NCBI GenBank assembly: GCA_036508775.1
Contig: DATCGT010000257.1
Location: 1 to 35,182, forward strand
Direction of reading: 5' to 3'
From: Tepidiformaceae bacterium
GTDB lineage: Bacteria > Chloroflexota > Dehalococcoidia > Tepidiformales > Tepidiformaceae
DNA length: 35,182 nucleotides
Positions 16,583 through 25,242 of the stretch are shown one piece after another. Within the stretch, counting starts at the first letter, position 1. Each line of letters opens with the position of its first letter. The notes beneath the pieces were generated by a model, which searched no databases, was not told the origin of the DNA, and was given only the letters and a program-made list of their open reading frames with translations. Position numbers and translations under genes: made by a program.

Positions 16583-17071
16583 CTAGCGCTCCTGGCTCGC
16601 ATGCTTGCGCTGGAGCGCTGCATACACATTCGCGGGCACCAGTTCGGAAACATCGTACCCCAACCGCGAAACTTCGCGGATCCGGCTCGCGCTAACGTAG
16701 AGGAATTCCTGGTTGGACATCAGGTAGATAGACTCGATCTCGGGAGCCATTTTCCGGTTCATCAAGGCCTGGTCGAACTCGGTCTCGAAGTCGCTAACGG
16801 CGCGAATACCGCGAACCATTGCCACTGCTCCCCGGCGGCGGGCAAATTCTACGGTCATCTCGTCATAGCCTTCGACTTCGACAGTGGGAAGGTCGATAAC
16901 GGCCTCGCGCAACATATCGATCCTCTCCTCCCACGAGAAGAAGGACCCCTTATCGCGACCCTTCACGACGGCGACGATGATTCGATCGAACAGGTGGGTC
17001 ATGCGGAGCACCAGGTCGAGGTGCCCATTGGTAACCGGGTCGAACCCGCCCGGATAAACTGCGATCCTCAT
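16583..17071 (-). CDS. coaD: Phosphopantetheine adenylyltransferase
   Basis: 162 aa. MRIAVYPGGFDPVTNGHLDLV (T/HxGH motif) and ...VRGIRAVSDFE...SASRIRE. Confidence 0.95.
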   Translation of the reverse strand: MRIAVYPGGFDPVTNGHLDLVLRMTHLFDRIIVAVVKGRDKGSFFSWEERIDMLREAVIDLPTVEVEGYDEMTVEFARRRGAVAMVRGIRAVSDFETEFDQALMNRKMAPEIESIYLMSNQEFLYVSASRIREVSRLGYDVSELVPANVYAALQRKHASQER

Positions 17072-17628
17072 TCCCCCTCCTCGCGGGCATATAGCGCGAT
17101 CGCGCTGTCCCCATAGACGCGCCGCTCGACGAGAACCAGTCCCGGCGGGCGTTCCGCCGGATTGTAACGGCTACCGTGCTCGTAAACGACAAGGCCGCCT
17201 GGCGCAACGAGTGGAGCGACGCCCGCGAGGGTTTCGGCGCCGGTATCGGACTGGTAGGGCGGGTCGAGGAAGACGATGTCGAACTGCCCCGGGAGGTCCC
17301 GCGCGACGGCAGGTAGACGCCCACGCATGACCGTCGCGCTCGCGGAGTAATTGGCCCGAGCCACGCTCTGGAGGATGGCCTGGCAGGAGCTTGCCTCAGC
17401 ATCCACGAAGACCGCCGCCAAAGCACCACGGCTAAGGCTCTCCATGCCGAGCGCGCCCGTCCCGGCATAAAGGTCCAGGACTCGGGCTCCCTCGATGCGA
17501 GCGCCAACGATGTTGAAGATCGCCTCTCGGACCAACCCGGAGGTGGGGCGCAGCCGCAGCCCCTTCGGCTCGACAAGCGGAAGGCCGCGGTTTTGGCCGC
17601 CAGTAATACGGTGCTTTGTTGTAGCCAT
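17068..17628 (-). CDS. rsmD: 16S rRNA (guanine966-N2)-methyltransferase
   Basis: 186 aa. ITGGQNRG...RPTSGLVREAIFN, LDLYAGTGALG (SAM motif) and FLDPPY. Its stop overlaps the coaD start (ATGA). Confidence 0.9.
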   Translation of the reverse strand: MATTKHRITGGQNRGLPLVEPKGLRLRPTSGLVREAIFNIVGARIEGARVLDLYAGTGALGMESLSRGALAAVFVDAEASSCQAILQSVARANYSASATVMRGRLPAVARDLPGQFDIVFLDPPYQSDTGAETLAGVAPLVAPGGLVVYEHGSRYNPAERPPGLVLVERRVYGDSAIALYAREEGE

Positions 17629-17633
17629 ATTCG

Positions 17634-19340
17634 TTAGTTCGACGTCGTTCCCGGGGTCGTGGTCCGGGGCGCCGTGTTGTCCTTTGGCTGGACGTTGACA
17701 GAGATTTCACTCTGGAAGAGCGAGACCCCGTCGCTTAGCGTCAGGTCCACAGTGTAGTTGCCCGCATCGGCTGGCGTCGTCCACGTCACGGATCCACGCT
17801 GACCGCCGTTGAGGGTGCCCTTGCTGGCAGTCCATTTCGGCACAAGGTCATCAGGGTTTGGCTGCATCAAGATCGGTTGGCCGCTGGCGATAAACGGCGT
17901 CAGCGCCGGCCAGATATTGCCGAGTAGAACGTTGTCGCTGGCATCCTCAACGGCAAGCCCCCCGAGTTTGTAGCGTGAGATGAACTCGAGCTTGAAGCCG
18001 ATGCTGAAGAAGTTCTCAATCCAGACGGTGCGGCCGCCGTTCAGCTTGTAGGTGAACGCGACCGTCGCAGTATCGGGCTGCCAGGTTATGCCGCTGAGGT
18101 TCTCGCTCTTGTCGATGTTGACTCCGACGACGTCGACGTTGCTATTGGTGGTCAGCTTGTTGTCGGTTCCAGTACGCACCGCCATGGTCGAAGCGATGCT
18201 CATGGCTTCTGTCAGGGCCAGCGTGCGGATGCCGTCGGGGGCCTTCTCCGTTGCGTAGGGGGAGACGGTGAGAACCAGCTTGTTTGGATTCACAAGGCCG
18301 GTGAGGTACTGGAGTACATCCGGCATGACGGTGCGGTAGGTGCTCTGATCGCGGTATGGGGCGATTTCGAGCACATCAGCGGCGGCGCCGAGTGCGGCCC
18401 AGTCGTAGGCCCCGTCGTCAATCCTGTCCTGCGCTTTCAGCGGTGATGGGACGGTGATCGTCAACATCTTGCCCTGTGTGTGCAGCGCCTGGGCAAGTTC
18501 ACCGATGAAGAGGGCGAACGAGGTTCGCTGGTCGGCCGGGAGGTCCAGGTAGGCAATGTCGATGCCTTTGAGCTGGAGGTCGTTGACCTTCTTCATAATC
18601 TGCTGCACGTGGTTTGAGCGGCTCTGGGCGTTCGAAAAGATGCCAGCGACGATGGGAATTGAACCGCGGTCAGCAAGGCTGGCTGAAATCACGGGATAGA
18701 ACGCGAACGAGGCGTCAGTCTTCACCGTGGTGCTCAGATCGCCAGTGATGGTTCCATCTGATGCGGGTTTGAAGTCGAACGTGTGGAGGATGGTTATCTG
18801 ACCGACTGCGTCCCTGTTGAGCTGCGCATTGTGCTGCAGGTAGGCGACCACCTGGCCCGTGGCCGACTGGCGCCGCATGACTGCCATCACAGCGGGGGTG
18901 TCGTCGAAGCTGGCCGACACCTGCTTGCCCTGGGCGTCGAGGATGGCGGTGGTAATCGGCTCCCAGGTGTCGGACGTTGCGAGGTACCGGTAGAAGCTCA
19001 AGTTGCGTCCGTCCGTTGTCGGCTGGAGAAGGCTCAACTGGACGGTGTCCTGGGTACCCTGCGGGGCCGCGGCCTGCTTCTTGTTCAGTTCGTAAACCTT
19101 GGTGACGAGTTCGAAGCCGTCAGGAGCCTTCAGGCTCTGGCTCGACGGGCAGTAGGGCTTGCTGCATCCGCCACCGCCAAACCAGGAGAAGCCGAGGAAG
19201 ATGACCACGAGAAGCGCGGCGATTCCGCCTGCAGCGAACAGCAACTGGCGCCGCGTCGGGGGGCGGCGCGCACTTCCATAGAGTCCGCCAGCTGAACGGG
19301 CATTCCGAGTGAACTGCCCGCGGCCACCCCGTTGAATCAT
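17634..19340 (-). CDS. Membrane-anchored GH18-like (chitinase-fold) protein with C-terminal Ig-like domain; catalytic DxDxE not conserved
   Basis: 568 aa. N-terminal Arg-rich tail plus a TM helix (LLFAAGGIAALLVVIFLGF). A GH18-type barrel segment (...VVAYLQHN...KGIDIAYLDLPADQRTSFALFIGELAQAL..GKMLTITVP...YDWAALGAAADVLEIAPY...). C-terminal Ig/PKD-like segment (GSVTWTTPADAGNYTVDLTLSDG). The gene ends 5 nt before the rsmD start. Confidence 0.7.
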   Translation of the reverse strand: MIQRGGRGQFTRNARSAGGLYGSARRPPTRRQLLFAAGGIAALLVVIFLGFSWFGGGGCSKPYCPSSQSLKAPDGFELVTKVYELNKKQAAAPQGTQDTVQLSLLQPTTDGRNLSFYRYLATSDTWEPITTAILDAQGKQVSASFDDTPAVMAVMRRQSATGQVVAYLQHNAQLNRDAVGQITILHTFDFKPASDGTITGDLSTTVKTDASFAFYPVISASLADRGSIPIVAGIFSNAQSRSNHVQQIMKKVNDLQLKGIDIAYLDLPADQRTSFALFIGELAQALHTQGKMLTITVPSPLKAQDRIDDGAYDWAALGAAADVLEIAPYRDQSTYRTVMPDVLQYLTGLVNPNKLVLTVSPYATEKAPDGIRTLALTEAMSIASTMAVRTGTDNKLTTNSNVDVVGVNIDKSENLSGITWQPDTATVAFTYKLNGGRTVWIENFFSIGFKLEFISRYKLGGLAVEDASDNVLLGNIWPALTPFIASGQPILMQPNPDDLVPKWTASKGTLNGGQRGSVTWTTPADAGNYTVDLTLSDGVSLFQSEISVNVQPKDNTAPRTTTPGTTSN

Positions 19341-19373
19341 TGAGAGCGCGCCTCTGCTGTGGCTTCGGACACG

Positions 19374-20642
19374 CTAGGTCTTCTTTGCAAGCCTAACCTC
19401 AACCTCAATTATCCTGCCATTGCGGTTGAGGACAACCCGCACAGTCTGGCCGGGAGCGTATGGCTGGAGCGCGTTCAGCAACGGGTTCTGTCGATTGACG
19501 TCGTTGTCGCCGATCTTCGTAATCACGTCGCCAGCCTGGATGCCAGCAGCATCGGCGGGGCCGCCATGCGCGACCTGCTGAACCAGGGCGCCGTCAGACA
19601 GTGAAACCCGCCCCACGCGGATGTCGGGCGAGAGGTCGATGTCGGTCACGCCGAGCGAGGGGCGAGGATAGCCACCGCTGCTGATGATCTGCTGTGCGAT
19701 TGGTATCAGGCGGTTCGCCGGGAGGACGAAAGCGATCCCCTCAACGGGCGCGGTGTCGCCGCCGGGGGCCTGCCGGAGGATGGCGGTCGGCATCCCGACG
19801 AATTGGCCGTGGAGATTGAGGAGGGCCCCGCCGCTGTTGCCATTATTTATGGCCGCATCGGTCTGGATGAGGTCGTCCTGGCGCACGGCATCGAAGTTGC
19901 GGCTGCGGTTCAGGCCGCTGATGACGCCCATCGTGACGGACCCGTCAAACTCACCAAGCGGATTGCCGATTGCGACGACGGACTCGCCGAGCTTGAGGGA
20001 TGACGAATCACCGATCTCCATCGGAGTGAGGTTCCCGGGCGGGATCTGAAGGACGGCGAGGTCCGTGAAGGGCGAGTCATTCCCGAGGAGAACGGCCGGG
20101 CGGGAGGTGCCGTCCGCGAGAAAGACCGTGACCGAATCGGTGTTCAAGACGACGTGTGCATTCGTCAGAATGTGGCCGTCGACATCGAGAATGATGCCAC
20201 TGCCCACGTCGGTCGCCACGCCGCCCTGGATACGCGACTGGCTTTCGATACGAACAACGCTCGGCCGACCTTTCGCGGCGGCGTCGACGATTGCGGATGT
20301 CTCCTCAACCGTGAGGGTGGTCCGTGGCCCCGCCGGCTGCGGCTGGACCGTAGGTGTGTCCCTGTCGCCAACCAGCAGGACGATGACGGCTCCCGCAAGC
20401 AGGCCGCCCAATACGGTGGCGAGTGAATGGGTTGCAAGCGATGTGACGAAGCCTGTCCGCCGGGCCGGGTGCACCGGGGAGAACTGGGAGGCGGGGAGGT
20501 CTACTGGGGGAGGTGGGACATCGAGCAGAGGTGCTGGCTCGGGGGCAATCAGCGGGCGCGGTTCGAGCCAGTTGAGTCCGTCGGTTGCGCGACGCTGACG
20601 GTCGTTGGGGTCGACAGGTGGGGGCGTCAGATCGTCTGGCAC
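19374..20642 (-). CDS. htrA: HtrA/DegP-family (S1C) serine protease with TM anchor and PDZ domain
   Basis: 422 aa. Pro-rich N-terminus, a TM helix, and the catalytic triad context GHILTNAHVV ... D ... GNSGGALLN. C-terminal PDZ (GALVQQVAHGGPADAAGIQAGDVITKIGD). GTG start. Confidence 0.9.
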   Translation of the reverse strand: MPDDLTPPPVDPNDRQRRATDGLNWLEPRPLIAPEPAPLLDVPPPPVDLPASQFSPVHPARRTGFVTSLATHSLATVLGGLLAGAVIVLLVGDRDTPTVQPQPAGPRTTLTVEETSAIVDAAAKGRPSVVRIESQSRIQGGVATDVGSGIILDVDGHILTNAHVVLNTDSVTVFLADGTSRPAVLLGNDSPFTDLAVLQIPPGNLTPMEIGDSSSLKLGESVVAIGNPLGEFDGSVTMGVISGLNRSRNFDAVRQDDLIQTDAAINNGNSGGALLNLHGQFVGMPTAILRQAPGGDTAPVEGIAFVLPANRLIPIAQQIISSGGYPRPSLGVTDIDLSPDIRVGRVSLSDGALVQQVAHGGPADAAGIQAGDVITKIGDNDVNRQNPLLNALQPYAPGQTVRVVLNRNGRIIEVEVRLAKKT

Positions 20643-20680
20643 GGTGTCACGTCGGATTGCCGCATGGGGTATACTAGCCC

Positions 20681-20716
20681 CGACTGAGAGGTTTCTGCCC
20701 CTCGGTCGATTTTTTT
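20681..20716 (+). terminator. Intrinsic-terminator-like hairpin plus T7 in the greA leader
   Basis: CGACTGAGAGG (20681-20691) / loop tttctg / CCCCTCGGTCG (20698-20708), then A and TTTTTTT (20710-20716). It ends 28 nt before the greA ATG. A TATACT box lies at 20670-20675. Confidence 0.5.
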
Positions 20717-20744
20717 GGTTTGCGATCCCGTCAAAGGGTAGGAC

Positions 20745-21212
20745 ATGACTGACAAAGCGGTACCGCTAACGCGTGAAGGAAAGGCAAAGCTCGGGGTCGA
20801 GCTTGAAGAACGGCACCAGCAGCGGCGGACGATTGCCGAGCGGATCCACAACGCGCAGGAACTTGGAACCAGTCAGAATGACGCTGAATACGACGATGCC
20901 AAGCAGGAACAGGGCATGGTCGAAGGGCGAATCCTGGAGATCGAGGACATCCTGCGGCGCGCGGTCATCATCGATGAAGCCGGTGGCCATGCGACAGGCC
21001 GGGTGGTGGTCGGTAGCGGCGTGGAAGTCGAGCAGGATGGCAAGCGGCGCCACTACCGGATCGTTGGCGCCCCCGAGGCGGAGCCAGCCACCGGCAAGAT
21101 TTCCAACGAGTCGCCGGTTGGCGCAGCACTTCTCGGACGGTCGGTCGGCGACATTGTCGACGTGAACGTCCCGAGGGGCGTCATTAAGGTGAAAGTGGTC
21201 AAAATCGACTAA
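20745..21212 (+). CDS. greA: Transcription elongation factor GreA
   Basis: 155 aa. N-terminal coiled coil (PLTREGKAKLGVELEE...NDAEYDDAKQEQG..EGRILEIEDIL) and C-terminal ISNESPVGAALLGRSVGDIVDV. Confidence 0.93.
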   Translation: MTDKAVPLTREGKAKLGVELEERHQQRRTIAERIHNAQELGTSQNDAEYDDAKQEQGMVEGRILEIEDILRRAVIIDEAGGHATGRVVVGSGVEVEQDGKRRHYRIVGAPEAEPATGKISNESPVGAALLGRSVGDIVDVNVPRGVIKVKVVKID

Positions 21213-21241
21213 GGCGGACCGGCTGCCTATTCGGACATCAC

Positions 21242-21263
21242 GGGCCGCCTTTGTAGGCGGCCC
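21242..21263 (+). terminator. Perfect GC hairpin after greA (candidate terminator; poor U-tract)
   Basis: GGGCCGCC tttgta GGCGGCCC forms an 8-bp stem. It starts 30 nt after the greA stop and lies 26 nt before lysS. Confidence 0.4.
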
Positions 21264-21288
21264 AGTTCATATCCCGGAGGTCCAGAGG

Positions 21289-22764
21289 GTGGACGAACTG
21301 ATGGCCCAGCGGATCGCGAAGCTGGAGCAGCTGCGCGCCCGCGACGTAGACCCTTACCCCAGGCGAACGGTTCGGACCTTCACCGCTGTACAGGTGGAAG
21401 CTGCGGTTGCGGCTTTTGCTGAAGGGCAGTCAGAGGACCAGGCGACAGTGGTGGACGTGGCTGGACGGGTGGTGGGTCGCCGTGACATGGGTAAGGCGAC
21501 GTTTGTTGACCTCCAGGACGGCAGCGGGCGCGTCCAGGTCCTGCTCCGGCAGAACCAGCTCGGCGACGAGCCGTACGACTCGCTGCGCCTGCTCGACCTG
21601 GGGGACTTCATTGGCGTCCATGGCTGGCCGATGCGGACCCGTACGGGCCAGCCGTCGGTCGCGGCCACAGGCTGGACGATGCTGGCGAAGTCCCTTCACG
21701 CCCCGCCGGAGAAATTTCACGGCCTGACGGACGCAGAAGCGCGCCAGCGGCAGCGCTACCTCGATCTTATGGCCAACGCCGAGACTCGCCAGGTGTTTAC
21801 GGTGCGAAGCAAGGTCATTGCGGGGATCCGGCGCTTCCTCGATTCGCGTGGGTTCCTCGAGGTCGAGACGCCGATCCTGCACCAGTCGGAGAGCGGGGCT
21901 GCTGCTCGCCCCTTCGTGACGCATTTCAACGCGATCGACGAGGACCGGGTGCTTCGGATCAGCCTTGAGCTGCACCTGAAGCGCCTGCTGATCGGTGGCT
22001 TCGAGCGGGTTTACGAGATCGGGCGGAATTTCCGCAATGAGGGGATGAGCTTCAAGCACAACCCCGAATTCACCATGATCGAGACCTACCAGGCCTACGC
22101 CGACTACAACGACGTGGCCCGGATGGTGGAGGAGATGGTCAGCGGGGTCGCGAGCGAGGTGCTGGGCACCACCAGCGTCACCTTCCGCGATTACAAACTC
22201 TCGCTTGCGGCACCGTGGCGGAGGATCACGTTCTACGACGCGCTGATGGAGTACGGCGGGCTCGATCTCGGCCAGTTCCCCGATGCACCGCGGTTGCGCA
22301 CGGAGCTGGAGCGCCGGGGACTCGAGCTCCCGCCCAATGCGGGCTATGGGAAGCTGTGTGACGAGGCCATGTCCCACTACGTCGAGCCGAACCTGATCCA
22401 GCCGACCTTCCTGATGGATTATCCGGTCGAGCTTTCGCCGCTCGCCAAGACCAAACCCGACAACCCGCGCCTGGTGGAGCGTTTCGAGTGCTTCATCGCC
22501 GGGTTCGAGTTCGGGAACGCCTATACGGAGCTGAACGACCCGATTGAGCAGCGCGCGCGCTTCGACGAGCAACTCGCCCTGAAGGCCGCTGGCGACGACG
22601 AGGTTGAGATGCTCGACGAGGACTTCCTGTTCGCACTCGAACACGGCATGCCCCCGACCGGCGGATTCGGGATGGGCATCGACCGGCTGATCATGGTGCT
22701 CACGGGGCAGAGCTCCATCCGCGAGGTCATCCTGTTCCCGCCCCACAAGACGGTGAAGGACTGA
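21289..22764 (+). CDS. lysS: Lysine--tRNA ligase (class II)
   Basis: 491 aa with an OB anticodon-binding domain, FLEVETPIL, YEIGRNFRNEG (motif 2) and GGFGMGIDRLIMVL (motif 3). GTG 21289 has GGAGG 8 nt upstream. ATG 21301 is an alternative. Confidence 0.95.
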   Translation: MDELMAQRIAKLEQLRARDVDPYPRRTVRTFTAVQVEAAVAAFAEGQSEDQATVVDVAGRVVGRRDMGKATFVDLQDGSGRVQVLLRQNQLGDEPYDSLRLLDLGDFIGVHGWPMRTRTGQPSVAATGWTMLAKSLHAPPEKFHGLTDAEARQRQRYLDLMANAETRQVFTVRSKVIAGIRRFLDSRGFLEVETPILHQSESGAAARPFVTHFNAIDEDRVLRISLELHLKRLLIGGFERVYEIGRNFRNEGMSFKHNPEFTMIETYQAYADYNDVARMVEEMVSGVASEVLGTTSVTFRDYKLSLAAPWRRITFYDALMEYGGLDLGQFPDAPRLRTELERRGLELPPNAGYGKLCDEAMSHYVEPNLIQPTFLMDYPVELSPLAKTKPDNPRLVERFECFIAGFEFGNAYTELNDPIEQRARFDEQLALKAAGDDEVEMLDEDFLFALEHGMPPTGGFGMGIDRLIMVLTGQSSIREVILFPPHKTVKD

Positions 22765-22767
22765 CCT

Positions 22768-23268
22768 ATGGGTCCAGTGCCACTGGAACGCCATCACACG
22801 GGCACCGGGTTTGTCAGTGCGCAGCAGCGCACGCTCCTTCTCTGGCACCACAAGCTGGGGATGTGGCTACCGCCGGGCGGGCATCTTGAAGCGAACGAGG
22901 ACCCGGTGCAGGGCGTGCTTCGGGAGATCTTGGAAGAGAGCGGGCTTGTAGCGGACATCATCCCGCCGCCCGACCTCGTTGTTTGCAGCGGGCCCAGCGT
23001 GCTCCCTCCGCCGGTCGCGATCCTGGTTGAGGATATCGTTCGCGCGGACCAGCCCTTCCACCAGCACATCGATCACGTGTACTTCACGCGAGCGCTGTCC
23101 GAAGTCGACCTCGATGCGCCAATCCCACACGGTCCCCATCGCTGGGTCACGGCTGCCGAACTCGGAGGGTCGTTTTCCCTCCCGGCGCCCGATGGTACCC
23201 TCGTGCCTGTCGCCGAGGACGTCCGTCTGCTCGGAATCCGCGCAATTGCCGCCGCCGAACGCCTGTGA
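22768..23268 (+). CDS. NUDIX hydrolase
   Basis: 166 aa. A complete NUDIX box, G-x5-E-x7-REUxEExGU, reads GHLEANEDPVQGVLREILEESGL (22879-22947). The start is 3 nt after the lysS stop. Confidence 0.88.
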   Translation: MGPVPLERHHTGTGFVSAQQRTLLLWHHKLGMWLPPGGHLEANEDPVQGVLREILEESGLVADIIPPPDLVVCSGPSVLPPPVAILVEDIVRADQPFHQHIDHVYFTRALSEVDLDAPIPHGPHRWVTAAELGGSFSLPAPDGTLVPVAEDVRLLGIRAIAAAERL

Positions 23269-23274
23269 GGGAAC

Positions 23275-24549
23275 ATGCTTAGCCTGCAGTTCATCCGTGA
23301 GAACACCGACCGTGTGAAACGGGACGTCCTGCTGCGGAACACCACCGCACCGATCGACCGAATCCTCCAGCTCGACGAGGAACGCAGGAAGCTTCTCAGC
23401 GAGGTGGAGACCCTGCGCGCGGCCCGCAATGTCGCGAGCAAGACCATCGGTGCCTCGAAGGATGGCGCGGAACGGAACGCCCGGATTGCCGAGATGCGCG
23501 AGGTCGGTGACCGAATTGCGGCCCTCGACGCGCGCTTGAAGGCCGTCGACGACGAACTGACGCAGAAGCTGTACGAGGTGCCGAACATCCTCGACCCCAA
23601 CGTTCCGAAGGGCCCGGACGAGGAATCGAACGTGGTCGCGGCAACGGTCGGCGAGATACCGACGTTTTCCTTTGAACCGCGGCCACACTGGGAGCTGGGC
23701 GAGCTGGTCGACGGGCTCGACCTCGAGCGGGGCGTGAAGATGTCTGGCTCCCGCTTCTACGCACTGAAGGGGCCCCTGGCGAAGCTGCAGCGAGCACTGA
23801 TTGCCTTCATGCTCAACGAGCACGGGGCGGCCGGTTTCACCGAGTGCTACCTGCCGTACATGCTGAGCGAAGCTTCCCTCTTCGCCTCCGGGCAGCTCCC
23901 GAAGTTCCGCGACAATCTCTATCACGACGCTGAAGAGGACTACTACTTCATCCCGACGGCCGAAGTGGCCCTGGTGAACCTCTACCGGGACGAGATCATC
24001 CCGCCGGGCCAGCTCCCGATGCGCTTCGTCGCCCACACCCCTTGCTTCCGCCGCGAGAAGATGAGCGCCGGCCGCGACGTGCGGGGGATCAAGCGCGGGC
24101 ACCAATTCGAGAAGGTCGAGATGTTCGTGTATTGCGAACCTGAGGAGAGCGAGGCCGAGTTCCAGAACCTCCTCAAGCGCGCGCGATCGATCCCTGAGAT
24201 TCTTGGACTACCGTACCGGCTGCTGAACCTCTGCACCGGCGATGTCGGCTTCAACGCCACCAAGACGGTGGACCTTGAGATCTGGGGACCGGGGCAACGC
24301 GAGTGGCTCGAGGTTAGCTCGATCTCAAACTGCCTCGACTTCCAGGCACGGCGCGCGAACATCCGCTATCGCCCCAACAGCGAGGCTCCAACGAGGAATC
24401 CGCATCTACTGAATGCCAGTGGGCTGGCGCTGCCGCGGACGATGATCGGCGTGATGGAGAACTACCAGCGCGAGGATGGCTCGATCGGGGTGCCCGAGGT
24501 CCTCCGTCCCTACATGGGTATGGACGTTATCCCGCTCGCGAAGCGTTAG
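23275..24549 (+). CDS. serS: Serine--tRNA ligase
   Basis: 424 aa. N-terminal coiled-coil arm, then FIPTAEV, PCFRREKMSAGRDVRGIKRGHQFEKVEMF (motif 2) and GLALPRTMIGVMENYQ (motif 3). GAGGG lies 4 nt before the ATG. Confidence 0.96.
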   Translation: MLSLQFIRENTDRVKRDVLLRNTTAPIDRILQLDEERRKLLSEVETLRAARNVASKTIGASKDGAERNARIAEMREVGDRIAALDARLKAVDDELTQKLYEVPNILDPNVPKGPDEESNVVAATVGEIPTFSFEPRPHWELGELVDGLDLERGVKMSGSRFYALKGPLAKLQRALIAFMLNEHGAAGFTECYLPYMLSEASLFASGQLPKFRDNLYHDAEEDYYFIPTAEVALVNLYRDEIIPPGQLPMRFVAHTPCFRREKMSAGRDVRGIKRGHQFEKVEMFVYCEPEESEAEFQNLLKRARSIPEILGLPYRLLNLCTGDVGFNATKTVDLEIWGPGQREWLEVSSISNCLDFQARRANIRYRPNSEAPTRNPHLLNASGLALPRTMIGVMENYQREDGSIGVPEVLRPYMGMDVIPLAKR

Positions 24550-24555
24550 AGACCG

Positions 24556-25242
24556 CTAGTTCGCCTTGCCGTTCATCGAGGCGTCGCTCGGCGCGCGATT
24601 GAGGATCTCGTCGATGAGGCCGTAGTCCTTCGCGCCGGTGGGGTCGAGCCAGAAGTCGCGGTCGGTGTCGTGTTCGATGCGCTCCATGGGCTGGCCCGTG
24701 GTCTTAGCGATGATGTCGCGGAGGACCTTCTGCAGACGGAGCGTCTCGCGCGCCTGGATCTCGATGTCCCGCGCCTGCCCTTGCGCACCGCCCAGCACCT
24801 GGTGGAGATGGATGGTGGCGTGGGGGAGAGCCATGCGCTTTCCCTTCGTGCCGGAAGTCAGGAGGATCGTGCCCATGCTGGCGGCGAGGCCGATGCAGAC
24901 GGTGGAGATGTTCGGGCGAATCAGGTTCATGGTGTCGACGATCGCCAGGCCGGCGGTAACACTGCCGCCCGGAGAGTTGATGTACATCATGACGTCCTTG
25001 TCATCATCCTCGCGGGCGAGGTAGAGGAGTTGGGCGATGATGACGTTCGCGACCATGGCGTCGATTGGCGTGCCGAGGAAGACGATGCGCTCCTTCAGGA
25101 GCAGGGAATAGATGTCATACGCGCGTTCGCGCCGGCCATCGGATTCGATGACAAAAGGCATGATATCGCTGGGCCGTACGAGTTCGGCATCGGGACGCTT
25201 GCCTGAGACGATCTCCTGGATCAGGTCGTAGCTGGAACTCAA
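24556..25242 (-). CDS. clpP: ATP-dependent Clp protease proteolytic subunit
   Basis: [39 protein letters not shown] (catalytic Ser) and [19 protein letters not shown] (catalytic His). The start is uncertain. I prefer TTG 25242, with GGAGGA 6 nt upstream. The ORF track uses GTG 25272. The canonical-length Met is at 25161 but has no SD. Confidence 0.93.
   Translation of the reverse strand: MSSSYDLIQEIVSGKRPDAELVRPSDIMPFVIESDGRRERAYDIYSLLLKERIVFLGTPIDAMVANVIIAQLLYLAREDDDKDVMMYINSPGGSVTAGLAIVDTMNLIRPNISTVCIGLAASMGTILLTSGTKGKRMALPHATIHLHQVLGGAQGQARDIEIQARETLRLQKVLRDIIAKTTGQPMERIEHDTDRDFWLDPTGAKDYGLIDEILNRAPSDASMNGKAN

Noticed and set aside
21430-24105. 473-aa and 412-aa minus-strand ORFs antisense to lysS, the NUDIX gene and serS
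   Set aside because: Same reasoning. The sense strand carries complete class II synthetase motifs and a perfect NUDIX box, and the antisense products are Arg-rich.
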